A DNA stretch of 32,000 nt from Pseudodesulfovibrio piezophilus C1TLV30 (GTDB lineage Bacteria > Desulfobacterota > Desulfovibrionia > Desulfovibrionales > Desulfovibrionaceae), in contig NC_020409.1 of NCBI RefSeq assembly GCF_000341895.1, forward strand, positions 870,001-902,000. The letters are read 5' to 3'. The position numbers and the translations under genes were made by a program. Of the stretch, positions 10,175 through 21,344 are shown one piece after another. Under the pieces are notes generated by a model. That model was given only the letters and a program-made list of their open reading frames with translations, ran no database searches and was not told the origin of the DNA. Position 1 is the first letter of the stretch. Every line of letters starts with the position of its first letter.

Positions 10175-12205
10175 TTATTGAATTTTTGAACTACCATCTC
10201 CGCCTGGCTTCGAAGGGTCATCCGCTTCATCAAGGATGAAATCTTCACCGGAGGAAGCCTCAGAGGAATCGTTCTCAGGTGTATTTTCTTCGCTCATCGG
10301 TTTGTACCCAGCGTTGGCAGAATCACTGTGGGTCACTCCGTTTCCGCCTGAGGATGCCGGAGAGCCACCGGAAGGCGTCCCAGTATTATTTTCCATGGGT
10401 GGCAAGTCCTTGCCTTCCATGAGCAGATCAATTTCTTTGCTGGAAATGGTTTCACGTTCGAGCAGAGCTTGAGCTATAGCTTCCAGCTTGTCCCGATTGT
10501 CAGTCAATAAAGTCATGGCAGTTTCATGAGCTTCTTCGACAAACCGACGCACTTCTGCATCAATCATCTTGGCAGTCTCTTCGCCATAATTCTTATTATG
10601 CCCTATTTCTTTGCCGAGGAAGACCTGCTCCTGATTATCTCCAAAATCCAAGGGACCGAGTTTATCGCTCATACCCCAGACGCACACCATGTTATGGGCA
10701 ATGCGAGTCGTTTGCTTGATATCATTAGAAGCTCCGGTCGTCAGGTGGTTGAAAATCAACAATTCTGCAACCCTTCCGCCCATACCGCAGGCCATACGCG
10801 CTTGAAGATATTCCTTCGAAATCGTCAACTGTTCTTCTTCGGGCAGATACAAAGTCACACCCAAAGCTCGACCACGCGGAATGATTGTCACCTTGTGAAC
10901 CGGATCAGCCTTAGGCATCAACTTCCCGACCAGCGCATGACCAGCTTCATGGTAAGCAGTCGTGCGCTTCTCTTCGTCGGTCATAATAAGGCTGCGCCGC
11001 TCTCGGCCACCCATCATGAGCTTGTCCTTGGCTTCTTCGAAATCCGACATACCAATCTGATCCTTGTCAGCCTTGGCAGCCTGGAGAGCTGCTTCGTTGA
11101 CAAGGTTCTCCAGGTCTGCGCCGGAAAATCCGGGAGTACCGCGGGCGATAGTAGCCAAGTCCACTTCCGAAGACAGTGGTGTTTTTCGACTATGTACCTG
11201 AAGAATCCGTTCACGCCCGCGCAGATCAGGATTAGGGACTACAACCTGACGATCAAAACGTCCTGGTCGAAGCAAAGCCGGATCAAGAACATCAGGCCTA
11301 TTTGTCGCAGCAACAAGAATAACGCCCTCGTTAGACTCGAAACCATCCATCTCCACCAGTAATTGGTTGAGTGTCTGTTCCCGTTCATCATGCCCGCCAC
11401 CCAAACCGGCGCCACGCTGACGACCGACGGCGTCGATCTCATCAATAAAAATCAGGCAGGGAGCATTCTTTTTACCTTGGGCAAAGAGATCTCGAACCCG
11501 AGAAGCTCCGACGCCAACAAACATCTCGACAAAATCGGAACCGGAGATGGTATAAAACGGGACTCCAGCTTCTCCTGCAACGGCTCTCGCCAGCAAGGTT
11601 TTACCTGTACCAGGACTCCCGACAAGCAGGACACCCTTGGGGATTCGCCCACCCAACCGAGTGAATTTACGTGGTTCCCGAAGGAAATCGACTACCTCGG
11701 AAAGCTCTTCCTTGGCTTCATCCACACCGGCAACGTCTTCAAACGTAACCTTGGCGGTTTCTTCACTTATTAGACGTGCTTTGGACCGACCGAAGCTCAT
11801 GGCTCCGCGTCCGCCACTCCCCCCACCCTGCATTTGGCGCATGAAGAATATCCAAACACCGATGAGCAGAAGCATGGGAAACCATGATAGAAGCATGGTC
11901 ATATACCATGGGGATTCATCCGGCGGTTCCGCCTTGACCTCAACACCCTTCTTGATAAGCGTGTCTATAAGATTCGGGTCTTGCGGGGTATAAATCTGGA
12001 ACTTTTCACCAGACGTTTTCACGCCGGAGATTCGTGGTCCCTGGATTTTCACCTCGGCGATGTTGCCACTGTCCACCATAGAGAGGAATTCACTATAGGA
12101 CGGCGTATTTTGTGGCACAGGTGGTTGATTGAAAAGATTGAAAAGGACGACCATCAAAACAAAGATGATTGCCCAAATAACCAGATTTTTCATATGGCTG
12201 TTCAA
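10175..12205 (-). CDS. ftsH: ATP-dependent zinc metalloprotease FtsH
   Basis: Walker A is GSPGTGKT, Walker B is IIFIDEIDA, and the zinc site is HEAGHA. Two N-terminal TM segments are present. The start is TTG at 12205 with GGAGG 8 nt upstream. The C-terminal tail is low-complexity and acidic/Ser-rich. Confidence 0.95.
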   Translation of the reverse strand: MNSHMKNLVIWAIIFVLMVVLFNLFNQPPVPQNTPSYSEFLSMVDSGNIAEVKIQGPRISGVKTSGEKFQIYTPQDPNLIDTLIKKGVEVKAEPPDESPWYMTMLLSWFPMLLLIGVWIFFMRQMQGGGSGGRGAMSFGRSKARLISEETAKVTFEDVAGVDEAKEELSEVVDFLREPRKFTRLGGRIPKGVLLVGSPGTGKTLLARAVAGEAGVPFYTISGSDFVEMFVGVGASRVRDLFAQGKKNAPCLIFIDEIDAVGRQRGAGLGGGHDEREQTLNQLLVEMDGFESNEGVILVAATNRPDVLDPALLRPGRFDRQVVVPNPDLRGRERILQVHSRKTPLSSEVDLATIARGTPGFSGADLENLVNEAALQAAKADKDQIGMSDFEEAKDKLMMGGRERRSLIMTDEEKRTTAYHEAGHALVGKLMPKADPVHKVTIIPRGRALGVTLYLPEEEQLTISKEYLQARMACGMGGRVAELLIFNHLTTGASNDIKQTTRIAHNMVCVWGMSDKLGPLDFGDNQEQVFLGKEIGHNKNYGEETAKMIDAEVRRFVEEAHETAMTLLTDNRDKLEAIAQALLERETISSKEIDLLMEGKDLPPMENNTGTPSGGSPASSGGNGVTHSDSANAGYKPMSEENTPENDSSEASSGEDFILDEADDPSKPGGDGSSKIQ

Positions 12206-12382
12206 AGGAACTTCCTCCGGACATACGGGTTCACCGCCTGCCCCTCGTGTGCGGACCGCATAACGGGGGTGCGGCCTGTGGTTTATCGTCTGCTAAGAAC
12301 TTAGGATAATGCCCTTGGGTGAAAAATCAAGGGATACGTAACAAAAAAAGCCACGTATCGTGTTTTCCGGGAAGACTGACAG

Positions 12383-13771
12383 CTATTTGACTGCCTGGAG
12401 CCATTCCCTAAGGTCAGTAATCTGTTTGGCAACAGATTGTGGACCGGTACCTCCCGGAGATGTCCGACGCCGGACGCAGGCCTTATAATCCAACACCAGG
12501 AAAACATCATCCTCTATTTCATCCGAAAATTGCTTCAGTTCATTGAGGGTCAGTCCCTCAAGTCCGACTCCCTTACCTTCGGCAAAAGCAACGGCCGCAC
12601 CGGTAATATGGTGAGCCTCACGAAAAGGCATTCCTTTGGCGGCTAGATAATCAGCCAATTCAGTGGCATTCAGAAAGCCGCGTTCCACTGTTCCAAGCAT
12701 CTTATCCGGAACAAATTCGAGTTGGCCAAGCATGTCGGCCATAATATCAAGTGACGCGGTCACGGTCTTGTCAGCATCGAAGAACGGCTCCTTGTCCTCC
12801 TGAAAATCACGATTATAGGTCAAAGGGAGTCCTTTAAGCAAAACAAGCAACCCCATGAGGGAACCGACCACTCGACCGGTCTTGCCACGCATTAATTCAC
12901 AGGCATCCGGATTCTTCTTTTGTGGCATGATTGAAGAGCCGGTAGCATATTGATCCGGCAATTTCACGTACCCAAAATTCGGATTGGCCCAAATGATGAT
13001 CTCTTCACACATGCGGGAAAGATGCGTCATGATAAGACTCCCGGCAAAGACAGCCTCAAGAGCGAAGTCCCTGTCGGAAACAGCATCCATGGAGTTAGCA
13101 AAAATCAATGGAACTCCAAGATCATCGGCTACGGCCTGAGGATCCACTGGGTGAGTGGTTCCAGCCAGAGCGGCAGCCCCCAAGGGCATAACACAAACCC
13201 GCTTGAGGCAATCCGCAACACGTTCATAGTCGCGCTTGAACATCTGCGAGTAGGCTAGCAAATGCTGAGCCAGGCTCACAGGCTGTGCAGGCTGAAAATG
13301 CGTGCATCCGGGAAGCAATGTCTCCCCATGCTCTTCGGCACGAGCCACATATACATCAACCAGAGACGTCAGACATTCCTGCCACACGGCAAGACGCGCG
13401 GTCACATACAACCGAAAATCCAAGGCAACTTGATCGTTTCTGCTGCGGGCCGTATGCAATTTGCCCCCAAGAGGACCAATGATTTCCGTCAGACGTGACT
13501 CGATATTCATATGAACATCTTCCATCTCGGTCTTCCAATTGAAGTCTCCGACTTCAATTTCCGCCTTAACCGTATCAAGGCCATCACAAATCTGCCTTGC
13601 TTCATCCTCGGTCAAAAAACCCTGCTTCGCCAAAACGCGGGCATGGGCTTGAGAACCTCGAATATCCTCGGCATAGAGCTGCCAATCAAATGAGACTGAT
13701 TCGGAATATGCTTCCATGGAGGCGGCGGTGCCTTCGGCAAACCGGCCACCCCATAATTTTTTTTCTGCCAT
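12383..13771 (-). CDS. argH: Argininosuccinate lyase
   Basis: KLWGGRF occurs at the N-terminus. The fumarate-lyase signature region is [12 protein letters not shown]. The length is 462 aa. Confidence 0.95.
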   Translation of the reverse strand: MAEKKLWGGRFAEGTAASMEAYSESVSFDWQLYAEDIRGSQAHARVLAKQGFLTEDEARQICDGLDTVKAEIEVGDFNWKTEMEDVHMNIESRLTEIIGPLGGKLHTARSRNDQVALDFRLYVTARLAVWQECLTSLVDVYVARAEEHGETLLPGCTHFQPAQPVSLAQHLLAYSQMFKRDYERVADCLKRVCVMPLGAAALAGTTHPVDPQAVADDLGVPLIFANSMDAVSDRDFALEAVFAGSLIMTHLSRMCEEIIIWANPNFGYVKLPDQYATGSSIMPQKKNPDACELMRGKTGRVVGSLMGLLVLLKGLPLTYNRDFQEDKEPFFDADKTVTASLDIMADMLGQLEFVPDKMLGTVERGFLNATELADYLAAKGMPFREAHHITGAAVAFAEGKGVGLEGLTLNELKQFSDEIEDDVFLVLDYKACVRRRTSPGGTGPQSVAKQITDLREWLQAVK

Positions 13772-13777
13772 CTGTAA

Positions 13778-15010
13778 TTACTCGCAGGAGTCTTCAGTGT
13801 CCTTACCGCCCCATTTGGACTGCTGCATACGGCCCTTGAGACGGAGACCAACCAGCTTGATGAACCCTTCGGCATCAGCCTGATCGTAGATATCATCCTC
13901 TTCAAAAGTGGCAAGCTCTGCTTGATACATGGAGAAAGGAGACTTGCGGCCGAGCGGGACACAATTTCCCTTGAACAGTTTGACTCGAACAGTCCCGGTC
14001 ACTTTTTCCTGAGACTTGTCAATCAATGCCTGCAAGGCCTCGCGCTCAGGAGAGAACCAGTACCCATAGTAAACCATTTCAGCATATTTTGGAATCAAGC
14101 TATCGCGCAAATGCATCATCTCACGATCCATGCAAATACCTTCAAGATCTCGATGTGCTGCGGCCAGAATAGTCCCACCTGGAGTTTCATACACGCCACG
14201 GGATTTCATTCCGACAAAACGATTCTCGACCATATCCACACGCCCGATGCCATGCTTGCCACCCAGTTCATTGAGTTTTGACAGCAGTGCGGCAGGCGAA
14301 TATTTTACAGAATTGACCGCAATAGGATCACCAGCTTCAAAATCAATGGTGATTTCCTCTGGATCATCCGGACACATTTCTGGCGGAGTGATGTTGCGAT
14401 AACAATCCGGGCCAGGAGAATTCCACGGGTCTTCCAGTTCACCGCCTTCAAATGAAGTGTGCAGCAAATTGGCATCGATAGACCATGGTTTCTTGCGACT
14501 CACCGGAATGGGAATCTCATTTTCCTTGGCAAAATTGATAAGATCTGTGCGAGACTTGAGATCCCATTCACGCCAGGGAGCAATCGTCTTCAATCGAGGA
14601 TTGAGAGCCATGGTCGCCAGTTCGAAACGAACCTGGTCATTGCCCTTGCCTGTAGCACCGTGAGACACCGCCTGTGCTCCCTCCATTTCAGCGATTTCGA
14701 CCATACGTTTGGAGATAAGGGGGCGTGCAATGGCTGTCCCCAGCAAGTAACGTCCTTCATACAAGGCATTAGCTCTGAACATGGGAAAAACATAGTCACG
14801 CGCAAATTCCTCGCGCATATCCTCGACATAAGCCTTGACTGCGCCAGTTGCCAGCGCTTTTTCCTCAATGCCGTCCATCTCTTCGCCCTGACCAAGATCA
14901 GCGGTCATGCAGACGACTTCACAGTTATAATTGTTCTTGATCCACTTCAAAATAATCGAGGTATCCAACCCGCCGGAGTAGGCGAGGACAACTTTATCTA
15001 TCTTGCTCAT
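13778..15010 (-). CDS. argG: Argininosuccinate synthase
   Basis: The ATP-binding N-terminus is [12 protein letters not shown], and [14 protein letters not shown] is also present. The length is 410 aa. Confidence 0.95.
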   Translation of the reverse strand: MSKIDKVVLAYSGGLDTSIILKWIKNNYNCEVVCMTADLGQGEEMDGIEEKALATGAVKAYVEDMREEFARDYVFPMFRANALYEGRYLLGTAIARPLISKRMVEIAEMEGAQAVSHGATGKGNDQVRFELATMALNPRLKTIAPWREWDLKSRTDLINFAKENEIPIPVSRKKPWSIDANLLHTSFEGGELEDPWNSPGPDCYRNITPPEMCPDDPEEITIDFEAGDPIAVNSVKYSPAALLSKLNELGGKHGIGRVDMVENRFVGMKSRGVYETPGGTILAAAHRDLEGICMDREMMHLRDSLIPKYAEMVYYGYWFSPEREALQALIDKSQEKVTGTVRVKLFKGNCVPLGRKSPFSMYQAELATFEEDDIYDQADAEGFIKLVGLRLKGRMQQSKWGGKDTEDSCE

Positions 15011-15035
15011 TGAAATATCCCTCAGGTCTCTCTAA

Positions 15036-15938
15036 TTAATTCTTATATATCCATTCAAGAATGGCTTTTTGCATATGCAGACGATTTTCGGCCTGATCCC
15101 ACACAATGGAGTTCGGTCCCTCAAAAACGGATTCAGTCACTTCTTCACCGCAATGAGCAGGCAAACAGTGCATGAATTTGGCATCAGCAGCGCCTTTCGC
15201 CATCAAATTCTCATCCACCACAAATCCGGTAAAAGCAGCTTCACGTTTTTTCTGCTCTTCTTCCTGCCCCATGGAGGCCCAGACATCCGTATTGATGTAA
15301 TGTGCTCCAGTTGCAGCTTCGACAGGATCACGGGTAATGGACACTTTGGCTCCCAAGCCTACGGCTTTGTCCACCACAGCCGGGTCCGGATCATACCCGG
15401 CAGGGCAGGCAATGGCCAACTCATAGCCGAAGGTGACGGAACCATTGATAAATGAATGAGCCATATTATTGCCGTCTCCGATCCAGGCTACCTTAAGCTT
15501 TGCCAGATCTGGAGTACGTTCATACATGGTTAAGACATCAGCCATGATCTGACAGGGATGGTACTCATCCGTCAGCGCATTAACTACTGGGATATCGCCA
15601 TATTCGACCAGGGTTTCGAGCTTCTCCTGGCCGAATGTTCGCACTATAAGCCCGTCTGCATAGCGCGACAAAACGCGCGCCGTGTCCCTAAGGGGTTCAC
15701 TGCGGCCAAGCTGGGAATCCTTGGAAGTAATAAAGACCGGGTCACCACCGAGCTGGCGAACGCCAACCTCGAAAGACACACGGGTCCGCGTGGAAGCCTT
15801 TTCAAAGACTAGAAGCAGAGTCTTGCCTGCCAGAAGATCAGTCCGGACCTTGTTGTCCTTCATCTCTTTGGCACGCAAAAGAACCTGCCGGGCCTCATCC
15901 CGAGGGATGTCCAGAATGGTCAAAAAGTGCTTGGGCAT
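15036..15938 (-). CDS. argF: Ornithine carbamoyltransferase
   Basis: STRTR, HPCQ, DVWASMG and HCLPA are present. DVWASMG and HCLPA are the ornithine-specific motifs. Confidence 0.93.
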   Translation of the reverse strand: MPKHFLTILDIPRDEARQVLLRAKEMKDNKVRTDLLAGKTLLLVFEKASTRTRVSFEVGVRQLGGDPVFITSKDSQLGRSEPLRDTARVLSRYADGLIVRTFGQEKLETLVEYGDIPVVNALTDEYHPCQIMADVLTMYERTPDLAKLKVAWIGDGNNMAHSFINGSVTFGYELAIACPAGYDPDPAVVDKAVGLGAKVSITRDPVEAATGAHYINTDVWASMGQEEEQKKREAAFTGFVVDENLMAKGAADAKFMHCLPAHCGEEVTESVFEGPNSIVWDQAENRLHMQKAILEWIYKN

Positions 15939-15999
15939 CGGGTTCTCTCCATTCTTCGATTGCCTATAACTTACGAAAGAGGTGGAGTTTGGCCCATTA

Positions 16000-16036
16000 T
16001 CACTTGAAAGTAAAGATTTTTGGACTGTTCAAGTGA
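16000..16036. promoter_or_regulatory. 9-bp perfect inverted repeat (TCACTTGAA-N19-TTCAAGTGA) in the ybeY/argF intergenic region
   Basis: Read directly from the sequence. It lies 62-98 nt upstream of the argF ATG. On the minus strand the promoter-proximal arm abuts a GATAAT -10-like hexamer. No U-run follows it, so it is not a classical terminator. Confidence 0.35.
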
Positions 16037-16159
16037 CGGATTTCAGAGCCAACCATCCCATCATAAAAAGGACTCTCGAACTAAAGTAAAGGCATACAAA
16101 CGCCCCGCACTGCACCACCTGACATTTTTCTGATCATCCTGCTCCGGAAGTCTCACAGG

Positions 16160-16627
16160 CTACTCTACGACAGCATACTCAAGCTGGACTCGATCCACAG
16201 CAGCATCCGTCATATCATACATACTGTCGCCGTGGTCATATCCTGCCAAATGCAGTGTCCCATGGGCAAGGAGTCGTGCAAGATGAAGGACCGGGGGTTG
16301 CCCATAAAGGGATGCCTCACGACCGACAGCATCCACAGACAAGGCCAACTCTCCCAAAAAGACAGGACCCTCTCCTTCCTGCCTAACACCAAGCTCAGGC
16401 TCATCGGCTACAGGAAAGCTCAGGACATTGGTCGGTCCGACACACCCCATGAATTCCTTATTGAGACGAGCTATTTCTTGGTCGGCAACCAATTTGATGA
16501 CCAGGGAACATCCCTCCAACCCGAGAGAATCCAGCAAAATATTCATCAGATCGCCAAGCTCATGCCTGGAAAATGGAAATCGCGGATCAAGCCGCGTTTC
16601 ATTGACTATGGATATATCGCAGGTCAT
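16160..16627 (-). CDS. ybeY: rRNA maturation endoribonuclease YbeY
   Basis: The zinc motif is HGTLHLAGYDH. The length is 155 aa. It lies directly downstream of phoH. Confidence 0.92.
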   Translation of the reverse strand: MTCDISIVNETRLDPRFPFSRHELGDLMNILLDSLGLEGCSLVIKLVADQEIARLNKEFMGCVGPTNVLSFPVADEPELGVRQEGEGPVFLGELALSVDAVGREASLYGQPPVLHLARLLAHGTLHLAGYDHGDSMYDMTDAAVDRVQLEYAVVE

Positions 16628-16632
16628 GTCAT

Positions 16633-17652
16633 TTATCCGTTTTTCTCATGGACATCATACGCACGAACGATACGCCCGACCAAAGGATGACGAATGACAT
16701 CGTGTTCATCAAATAGGATGAACTGAATCCCCTTGACCCCATCAAGAATGGAACGGGCATTCAGTAACCCCGACTTTGCATGAATCGGAAGGTCGATCTG
16801 CGTAACATCGCCTGTAATCACGGCACGAGAACCAAACCCAAGACGTGTCAGAAACATCTTCATTTGCTCTGGCGTAGTATTTTGAGCTTCATCAAGAATA
16901 ATAAAAGCATCATTCAATGTACGCCCACGCATAAACGCCAAAGGAGCAACTTCGATAACACCTGTCTCAAGATATTCTTCCACCTTGGCAAAATCCAGCA
17001 TATCATGCAGGGCGTCATACAATGGACGCAAATACGGATTAATCTTCTCCGCAAGATCACCAGGCAGAAATCCAAGCTTCTCACCCGCTTCCACTGCCGG
17101 TCTGGTCAGGACAATACGCTTGACCTCGCGCCGCATAAGCGCACCCACAGCCATGGCTACGGCTAAATATGTTTTCCCGGTACCGGCCGGACCTATGCCA
17201 AAGGTCATATCCGCCTCACGAATGGCGTCAAGATACTCCCTCTGATTCAACGATTTGGGAGCAACAGTTCTCTTCCCGGAAGTGGCGTAAACATCGCCCT
17301 TGAAGACTTCACCGACATCGGCTGAAGGCTGCCTTTCCAATATCCGACAAGCAAAATCCACATCCTGAGGATACAGATTTTTCCCCGCCTTGAGCATCGC
17401 ATAAAGTTGAGTCAGGACTTGTCCGGCAAGACAGGCCTGATCACCGTTCCCGTCGGCATCACCAGTCACTATGGAAACAGAATTCCCTCTGCTTTCCAAC
17501 TGGACGCCCAGTCGTTCGGCAAGAAGCTTGAGATGCTGATTCTGTGGTCCAAACAGTTGATTTGCCAACTGCCCATCATCGAATTCGAGCTTGGTGGAAG
17601 TCAGTTGAGGTTCCTCCCTCATCCTTTGGTTCTCAGAAACATCCATTTGCAC
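16633..17652 (-). CDS. phoH: PhoH-family ATPase (YbeZ-like)
   Basis: Walker A is GPAGTGKTYLAVA and IILDEAQN is present. The start is uncertain. The Met at 17622 overlaps the upstream permease stop as ATGA, giving 329 aa instead of 339. Confidence 0.9.
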   Translation of the reverse strand: MQMDVSENQRMREEPQLTSTKLEFDDGQLANQLFGPQNQHLKLLAERLGVQLESRGNSVSIVTGDADGNGDQACLAGQVLTQLYAMLKAGKNLYPQDVDFACRILERQPSADVGEVFKGDVYATSGKRTVAPKSLNQREYLDAIREADMTFGIGPAGTGKTYLAVAMAVGALMRREVKRIVLTRPAVEAGEKLGFLPGDLAEKINPYLRPLYDALHDMLDFAKVEEYLETGVIEVAPLAFMRGRTLNDAFIILDEAQNTTPEQMKMFLTRLGFGSRAVITGDVTQIDLPIHAKSGLLNARSILDGVKGIQFILFDEHDVIRHPLVGRIVRAYDVHEKNG

Positions 17653-18383
17653 AGCTTGCGCTCCATCAGGTTAGCCAATTCATAAAGAGCTGCACCCATC
17701 AGACTCATGCCGATGATCCCCGTAAACATAGTAAGATAATCCATCGCGCCCCAGGCGTCCATAATCATATATCCAAGCCCCCGACTAGTGGCAAACGATT
17801 CCACGAAGAACAGAACAGCCACAGAAACACCTGTACCGAGTCTCAGGGCGGTAAACCCGTGGGGCAAAGCAGCAGGGAGCAGGACCTCCCGCAGAATATC
17901 AATCCCTGAGCCTCCGAGAGATCGGACAGAATCATAGTATTTAGGATGAATGGATTTCACCCCATCCCGAGTGGTGACTAAAATCTGATACCCGAGAATA
18001 AGTGCTATCATGGCAATCTTGGACAGATCTCCAAGCCCAAATAAGAGCAGAAAAACAGGAAGTAATACTATCTTTGGCACTGGATAGGTCAGAAAAATGA
18101 ACGGCGCGAAAAGCTGATCAATTTTTTTTACTGACCCCATGACAAGCCCTAAGGGAAAAGCGATACACCAGGCCAAGGCCATGGCTGAGACAGCACGATA
18201 GCCACTGACCAAAAAATGTTCCCAGAACAACTTGGTGGTGGTAGCAAAAAAGAAGAGACGCAACGCCTCTTCAGGGTGAGGCAGAATTATACCGCCCAAA
18301 GCAATCGCAGCCAGCTTCCAAAGACCAAGTAGAACCACAACGACAAATCCATAGTGCAGCAGTGATCGAAACCAGATCACCAT
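17619..18383 (-). CDS. ABC transporter permease (NitT/TauT, SsuC-like family)
   Basis: There are about 6 predicted TM helices, and the size (254 aa) is typical. Its start overlaps the ATPase stop. Confidence 0.85.
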   Translation of the reverse strand: MVIWFRSLLHYGFVVVVLLGLWKLAAIALGGIILPHPEEALRLFFFATTTKLFWEHFLVSGYRAVSAMALAWCIAFPLGLVMGSVKKIDQLFAPFIFLTYPVPKIVLLPVFLLLFGLGDLSKIAMIALILGYQILVTTRDGVKSIHPKYYDSVRSLGGSGIDILREVLLPAALPHGFTALRLGTGVSVAVLFFVESFATSRGLGYMIMDAWGAMDYLTMFTGIIGMSLMGAALYELANLMERKLCKWMFLRTKG

Positions 18384-19111
18384 ACTTCCTCCACAGTGTG
18401 CCGAAGTTCTTTCAACAATTCAAAACATCCTTTGCTCTCTCGAATTGCAGCCTCTCCGAACCTGGGGTTATCGAACAAAGCCACAGGCCGGGCCGGGCGA
18501 CCGGACATGACCATAATTCGTTTGCCGAGAACAACAGCCTCTTCCAAAGAGTGGGTCACCAGCACATAGGGAACCTTACGCTGCTGCCAGACGGCCAATA
18601 ATGCATCCTGCAATCGTTCACGCGTCAAGGCATCGAGGGAAGAAAAAGGTTCATCCAGTAACATAAGACGGGGGCGGGAAACAAAAGCCCGTGCTATGGC
18701 TACCCGCTGCTGTTCTCCTCCACTCAAAGTCGCAGGAAAATCTTCATCGCGGCCAACAATTCCGACCTCGGCCAACTGTTCTCGTGCCCGCTCCAGACGT
18801 TCCGTTTTTGCCACACCCTGCACTTTCAACCCCAAGGCTACATTCTCAATAACACTCTTCCATGGGAGCAGCCCGTAGTCTTGTAAAATAATGGAGATAT
18901 CAGGCGTCGGACCATTAATGGGCCGACCAGCCAGAGAAGCTGTTCCGGCATCAGGGGAAGACAATCCGCAGAGGAGATACAGCAATGTCGTCTTGCCGCA
19001 CCCAGATGGTCCGACGACCGCCAAGGTTTCCTCTCTTCCCAGCGTGAAGGAAACCTCCTCCAAAACAGCCTCGCCGTGGTATGCTTTTCCCAGATTTGTT
19101 GCTGTCAGCAT
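18377..19111 (-). CDS. ABC transporter ATP-binding protein (NitT/TauT family)
   Basis: Walker A is GPSGCGKTT, the signature is [14 protein letters not shown], and Walker B is [12 protein letters not shown]. Confidence 0.93.
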   Translation of the reverse strand: MLTATNLGKAYHGEAVLEEVSFTLGREETLAVVGPSGCGKTTLLYLLCGLSSPDAGTASLAGRPINGPTPDISIILQDYGLLPWKSVIENVALGLKVQGVAKTERLERAREQLAEVGIVGRDEDFPATLSGGEQQRVAIARAFVSRPRLMLLDEPFSSLDALTRERLQDALLAVWQQRKVPYVLVTHSLEEAVVLGKRIMVMSGRPARPVALFDNPRFGEAAIRESKGCFELLKELRHTVEEVW

Positions 19112-19114
19112 AGG

Positions 19115-20041
19115 TTATGGGATTATAGGTGACAGAATCAATTCATGGGGAATCATTTCCTGCAACAATCCCCTCTCCTTCATCCACGCCTGTACGTCAT
19201 CAAGTTCAGCGGAAGTCGGCAAGGTCGGCATGGGATAGGGATAGATTGGAAATTTATCAATCAACGGTTGAGGAATACGACAAGTTTGGGCCATGAGTTG
19301 ACGGTATTCCTCCGGGTGACGAGCCAGCCGGGTTACCGCCTCTTTGTAAGCTGTGACGAAATTGACATACGGTTCCGCACCATCATTGAAATATTTGCGA
19401 TGCAAGCAGAGGACTGTCAACGGCCTATCTAGGTCTTCGGCTGTGGCAAATATGCCACCGCCCTTGAGCTTGGCGAGTGAAAGCAGTGGTTCCGGCAAAA
19501 TTGCCATATCAATCTGATCAGTCATGAGCATCTGAAGGCGAATGGGCAGCTTCTTGATTTCTATCTGGGAAAAATAATCGAGGGGGACACCCTTTTTTTC
19601 ATTTATTCTGTCTGCCAGATATTCCATGATGGTCGACTTTGAAAGCCCGAGCTTCGCCCCTTGCAACTCCGGAAGTTTCCACTCACTCCGTGCAGGCGAC
19701 TTCGCAATGCCGAACAGGGGAAATCCGGGTGTCGTCCGCCAGGAAGTCAAGGCGATGTACATGGGCACATTCTTATTGATGAGCATACAGGTGGCGACAA
19801 TATCTCCAAAATAACCATCCAACTCACCAGCCTGCATTGCCATATCTCGCTCCAGAGCCGAAGAAAATCGAATCAATTCGACATCCAACCCATGCTCCTT
19901 GAATAATCCGTCATTGACTGCCACCTGAAGAGGAAGCGTATCAAGGACAGGCAGAATACCGAAACGGATCTTCACGTCTCCGGCATGGGCAAGGGAACTG
20001 AGCATTAAGAGTAAGACAACCACAAGTACGTTTTTCTTCAT
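19115..20041 (-). CDS. ABC transporter periplasmic substrate-binding protein (NMT1/SsuA-like)
   Basis: The start is set at MKKNVLVVVLLLMLSSLAHA (ATG 20041), which is a signal peptide. The mature part begins DVKIRFGILPVLDTLPLQVA, typical of this SBP family. The track ORF's 44-aa upstream extension runs through a terminator. Confidence 0.85.
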   Translation of the reverse strand: MKKNVLVVVLLLMLSSLAHAGDVKIRFGILPVLDTLPLQVAVNDGLFKEHGLDVELIRFSSALERDMAMQAGELDGYFGDIVATCMLINKNVPMYIALTSWRTTPGFPLFGIAKSPARSEWKLPELQGAKLGLSKSTIMEYLADRINEKKGVPLDYFSQIEIKKLPIRLQMLMTDQIDMAILPEPLLSLAKLKGGGIFATAEDLDRPLTVLCLHRKYFNDGAEPYVNFVTAYKEAVTRLARHPEEYRQLMAQTCRIPQPLIDKFPIYPYPMPTLPTSAELDDVQAWMKERGLLQEMIPHELILSPIIP

Positions 20042-20090
20042 CCCATATCTCCCATATTTTGATGAAGATAACGTACCATGGCTGCACATG

Positions 20091-20126
20091 AAAGAAAAGG
20101 CGGAGCAGGAGAATATCCTGTCCGCC
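20091..20126 (-). terminator. Intrinsic terminator after the ArsR-regulated permease gene
   Basis: The minus strand reads ggcggacagga-tattc-tcctgCtccgcc followed by ttttcttt. That is an 11-bp stem with one bulge. A second 7-bp hairpin (tctcacc/ggtgaga) lies at 20140-20158. Confidence 0.7.
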
Positions 20127-20169
20127 ACGAACTTTCGAATCTCACCAGACCGGTGAGAATTTCCTAACC

Positions 20170-21261
20170 TCAACCTCCACTCCTGGAGCCAATGAAACTT
20201 CGCCCGACGAGAAAGAGAAGCACAAGCCCACTTCCGACGCCCACCCAGTGAGGCAAGGCTTCGGTCACTTCGGAAACAACGGCCCTGATATCAAGTCCAA
20301 GGGCCACGTATAAATGGTCAACAGCCCATGCCAGACCCAAAGAGCAGATGACAATCGAGAGGACATAAAGCCCTGCCGCACGCTTACCGAGACTTTTGAG
20401 CATAACAGTTATCGTCGCACCGTTGGTAGCCGGTCCTGCCAACAAAAAGACAAGAGCCGCGCCTGGGGAAAGTCCCTTGAGCAACAGTGAAGCAGCGATA
20501 GGTGTCGAAGCTGTAGCGCACACATAAAGCGGCAGTGCCACCACAAGCATCAAGAGATAGGAAAGGAAGCCACTTCCAACATATTCGTTGAGCGCATCCG
20601 CAGGCATGGCAGCCGAAATGATACCGGCAATGGCGACACCCACTAAAAGCCAGCGTCCAATATCCTGAATCATCTCACCAAAAGCATATTGCATTCCGCC
20701 GACGAACTTACCATAAGCCGTCGGATTGCTATTCGGGTCGCAATGGCCGTCCGAGCAGCCACACCCTCCGTGCTGGTGACCATCCTCATGCTCATGGACA
20801 TGTTCCACTGGAGCCATCAAAACGCCCAAAGGCAACGGCTCTTTCTTCTTTTCAGGAAAGGCATTGACCAATATTCCGGCAAAGATGGCTGTAATGGAGG
20901 CAGCGACAGGACGAATGACTGTCATCAAAGGATCGATAAGCGCATAGGTGACAGCCATGGAATCCACCCCTGTCTCCGGGGTTGAGATCATGAAAGCCGT
21001 CGTGGCTCCTTTGCTTGCCCCCTGCCTGCGCAATCCCAAAGCCGCAGGAAGCACACCGCAAGAACAAAGCGGAAGAGGAACACCTATTAATGAAGCCTTG
21101 ACGACGGAACCAACCGAGTCGCCCCCCAAGTGCTTTGCCATAAATGAATCAGGCACGAAGGCCTTCAGCAAACCGGCTACAAAAAAACCGAACAGCACAT
21201 AGGGACCGGCCTCGACCAACACATTCCACGATTCTTTTAATATATCAGTAAATATGTCCAT
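20170..21261 (-). CDS. PF03773 (YraQ/ArsP/SO_0444-like) permease with a His/Cys-rich cytoplasmic loop; putative metal or metalloid exporter
   Basis: It is a multi-TM protein whose central loop reads HVHEHEDGHQHGGCGCSDGHCDPN. A CSCG motif lies in an early TM segment. It is immediately downstream of arsR. The start is chosen at MDIFTDIL (21261), preceded by ggtgggtggg. Confidence 0.75.
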   Translation of the reverse strand: MDIFTDILKESWNVLVEAGPYVLFGFFVAGLLKAFVPDSFMAKHLGGDSVGSVVKASLIGVPLPLCSCGVLPAALGLRRQGASKGATTAFMISTPETGVDSMAVTYALIDPLMTVIRPVAASITAIFAGILVNAFPEKKKEPLPLGVLMAPVEHVHEHEDGHQHGGCGCSDGHCDPNSNPTAYGKFVGGMQYAFGEMIQDIGRWLLVGVAIAGIISAAMPADALNEYVGSGFLSYLLMLVVALPLYVCATASTPIAASLLLKGLSPGAALVFLLAGPATNGATITVMLKSLGKRAAGLYVLSIVICSLGLAWAVDHLYVALGLDIRAVVSEVTEALPHWVGVGSGLVLLFLVGRSFIGSRSGG

Positions 21262-21344
21262 AATCCCACCCACCTGCTCTCTGTACATACGTCATGATTG
21301 AGCAAGCATTCATATTATAGGGTAAAAAATATATGAGGAAGGAA

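Noticed and set aside
10526-11362. 278-aa plus-strand ORF antisense to ftsH.
   Set aside because: It lies entirely inside a highly conserved gene on the other strand. It has a skewed composition, no RBS and no motifs. It is a typical shadow ORF.
12206-12382. Structured argH/ftsH spacer. It contains hairpins gatacgt/acgtatc and cccttg/caaggg, the palindrome CTAAGaaCTTAG at 12293-12304, and a possible -35 TTGATT / -10 TATCCT.
   Set aside because: The hairpins have long loops and no proper U-run, and the promoter match is weak. The spacer is plausibly an argH terminator plus an ftsH promoter, but the evidence is not strong enough to annotate either.
20042-20173. 44-aa N-terminal extension of the substrate-binding protein ORF.
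   Set aside because: The extension runs through an intrinsic terminator and a second hairpin, and it precedes a canonical signal peptide starting at the internal Met (20041).
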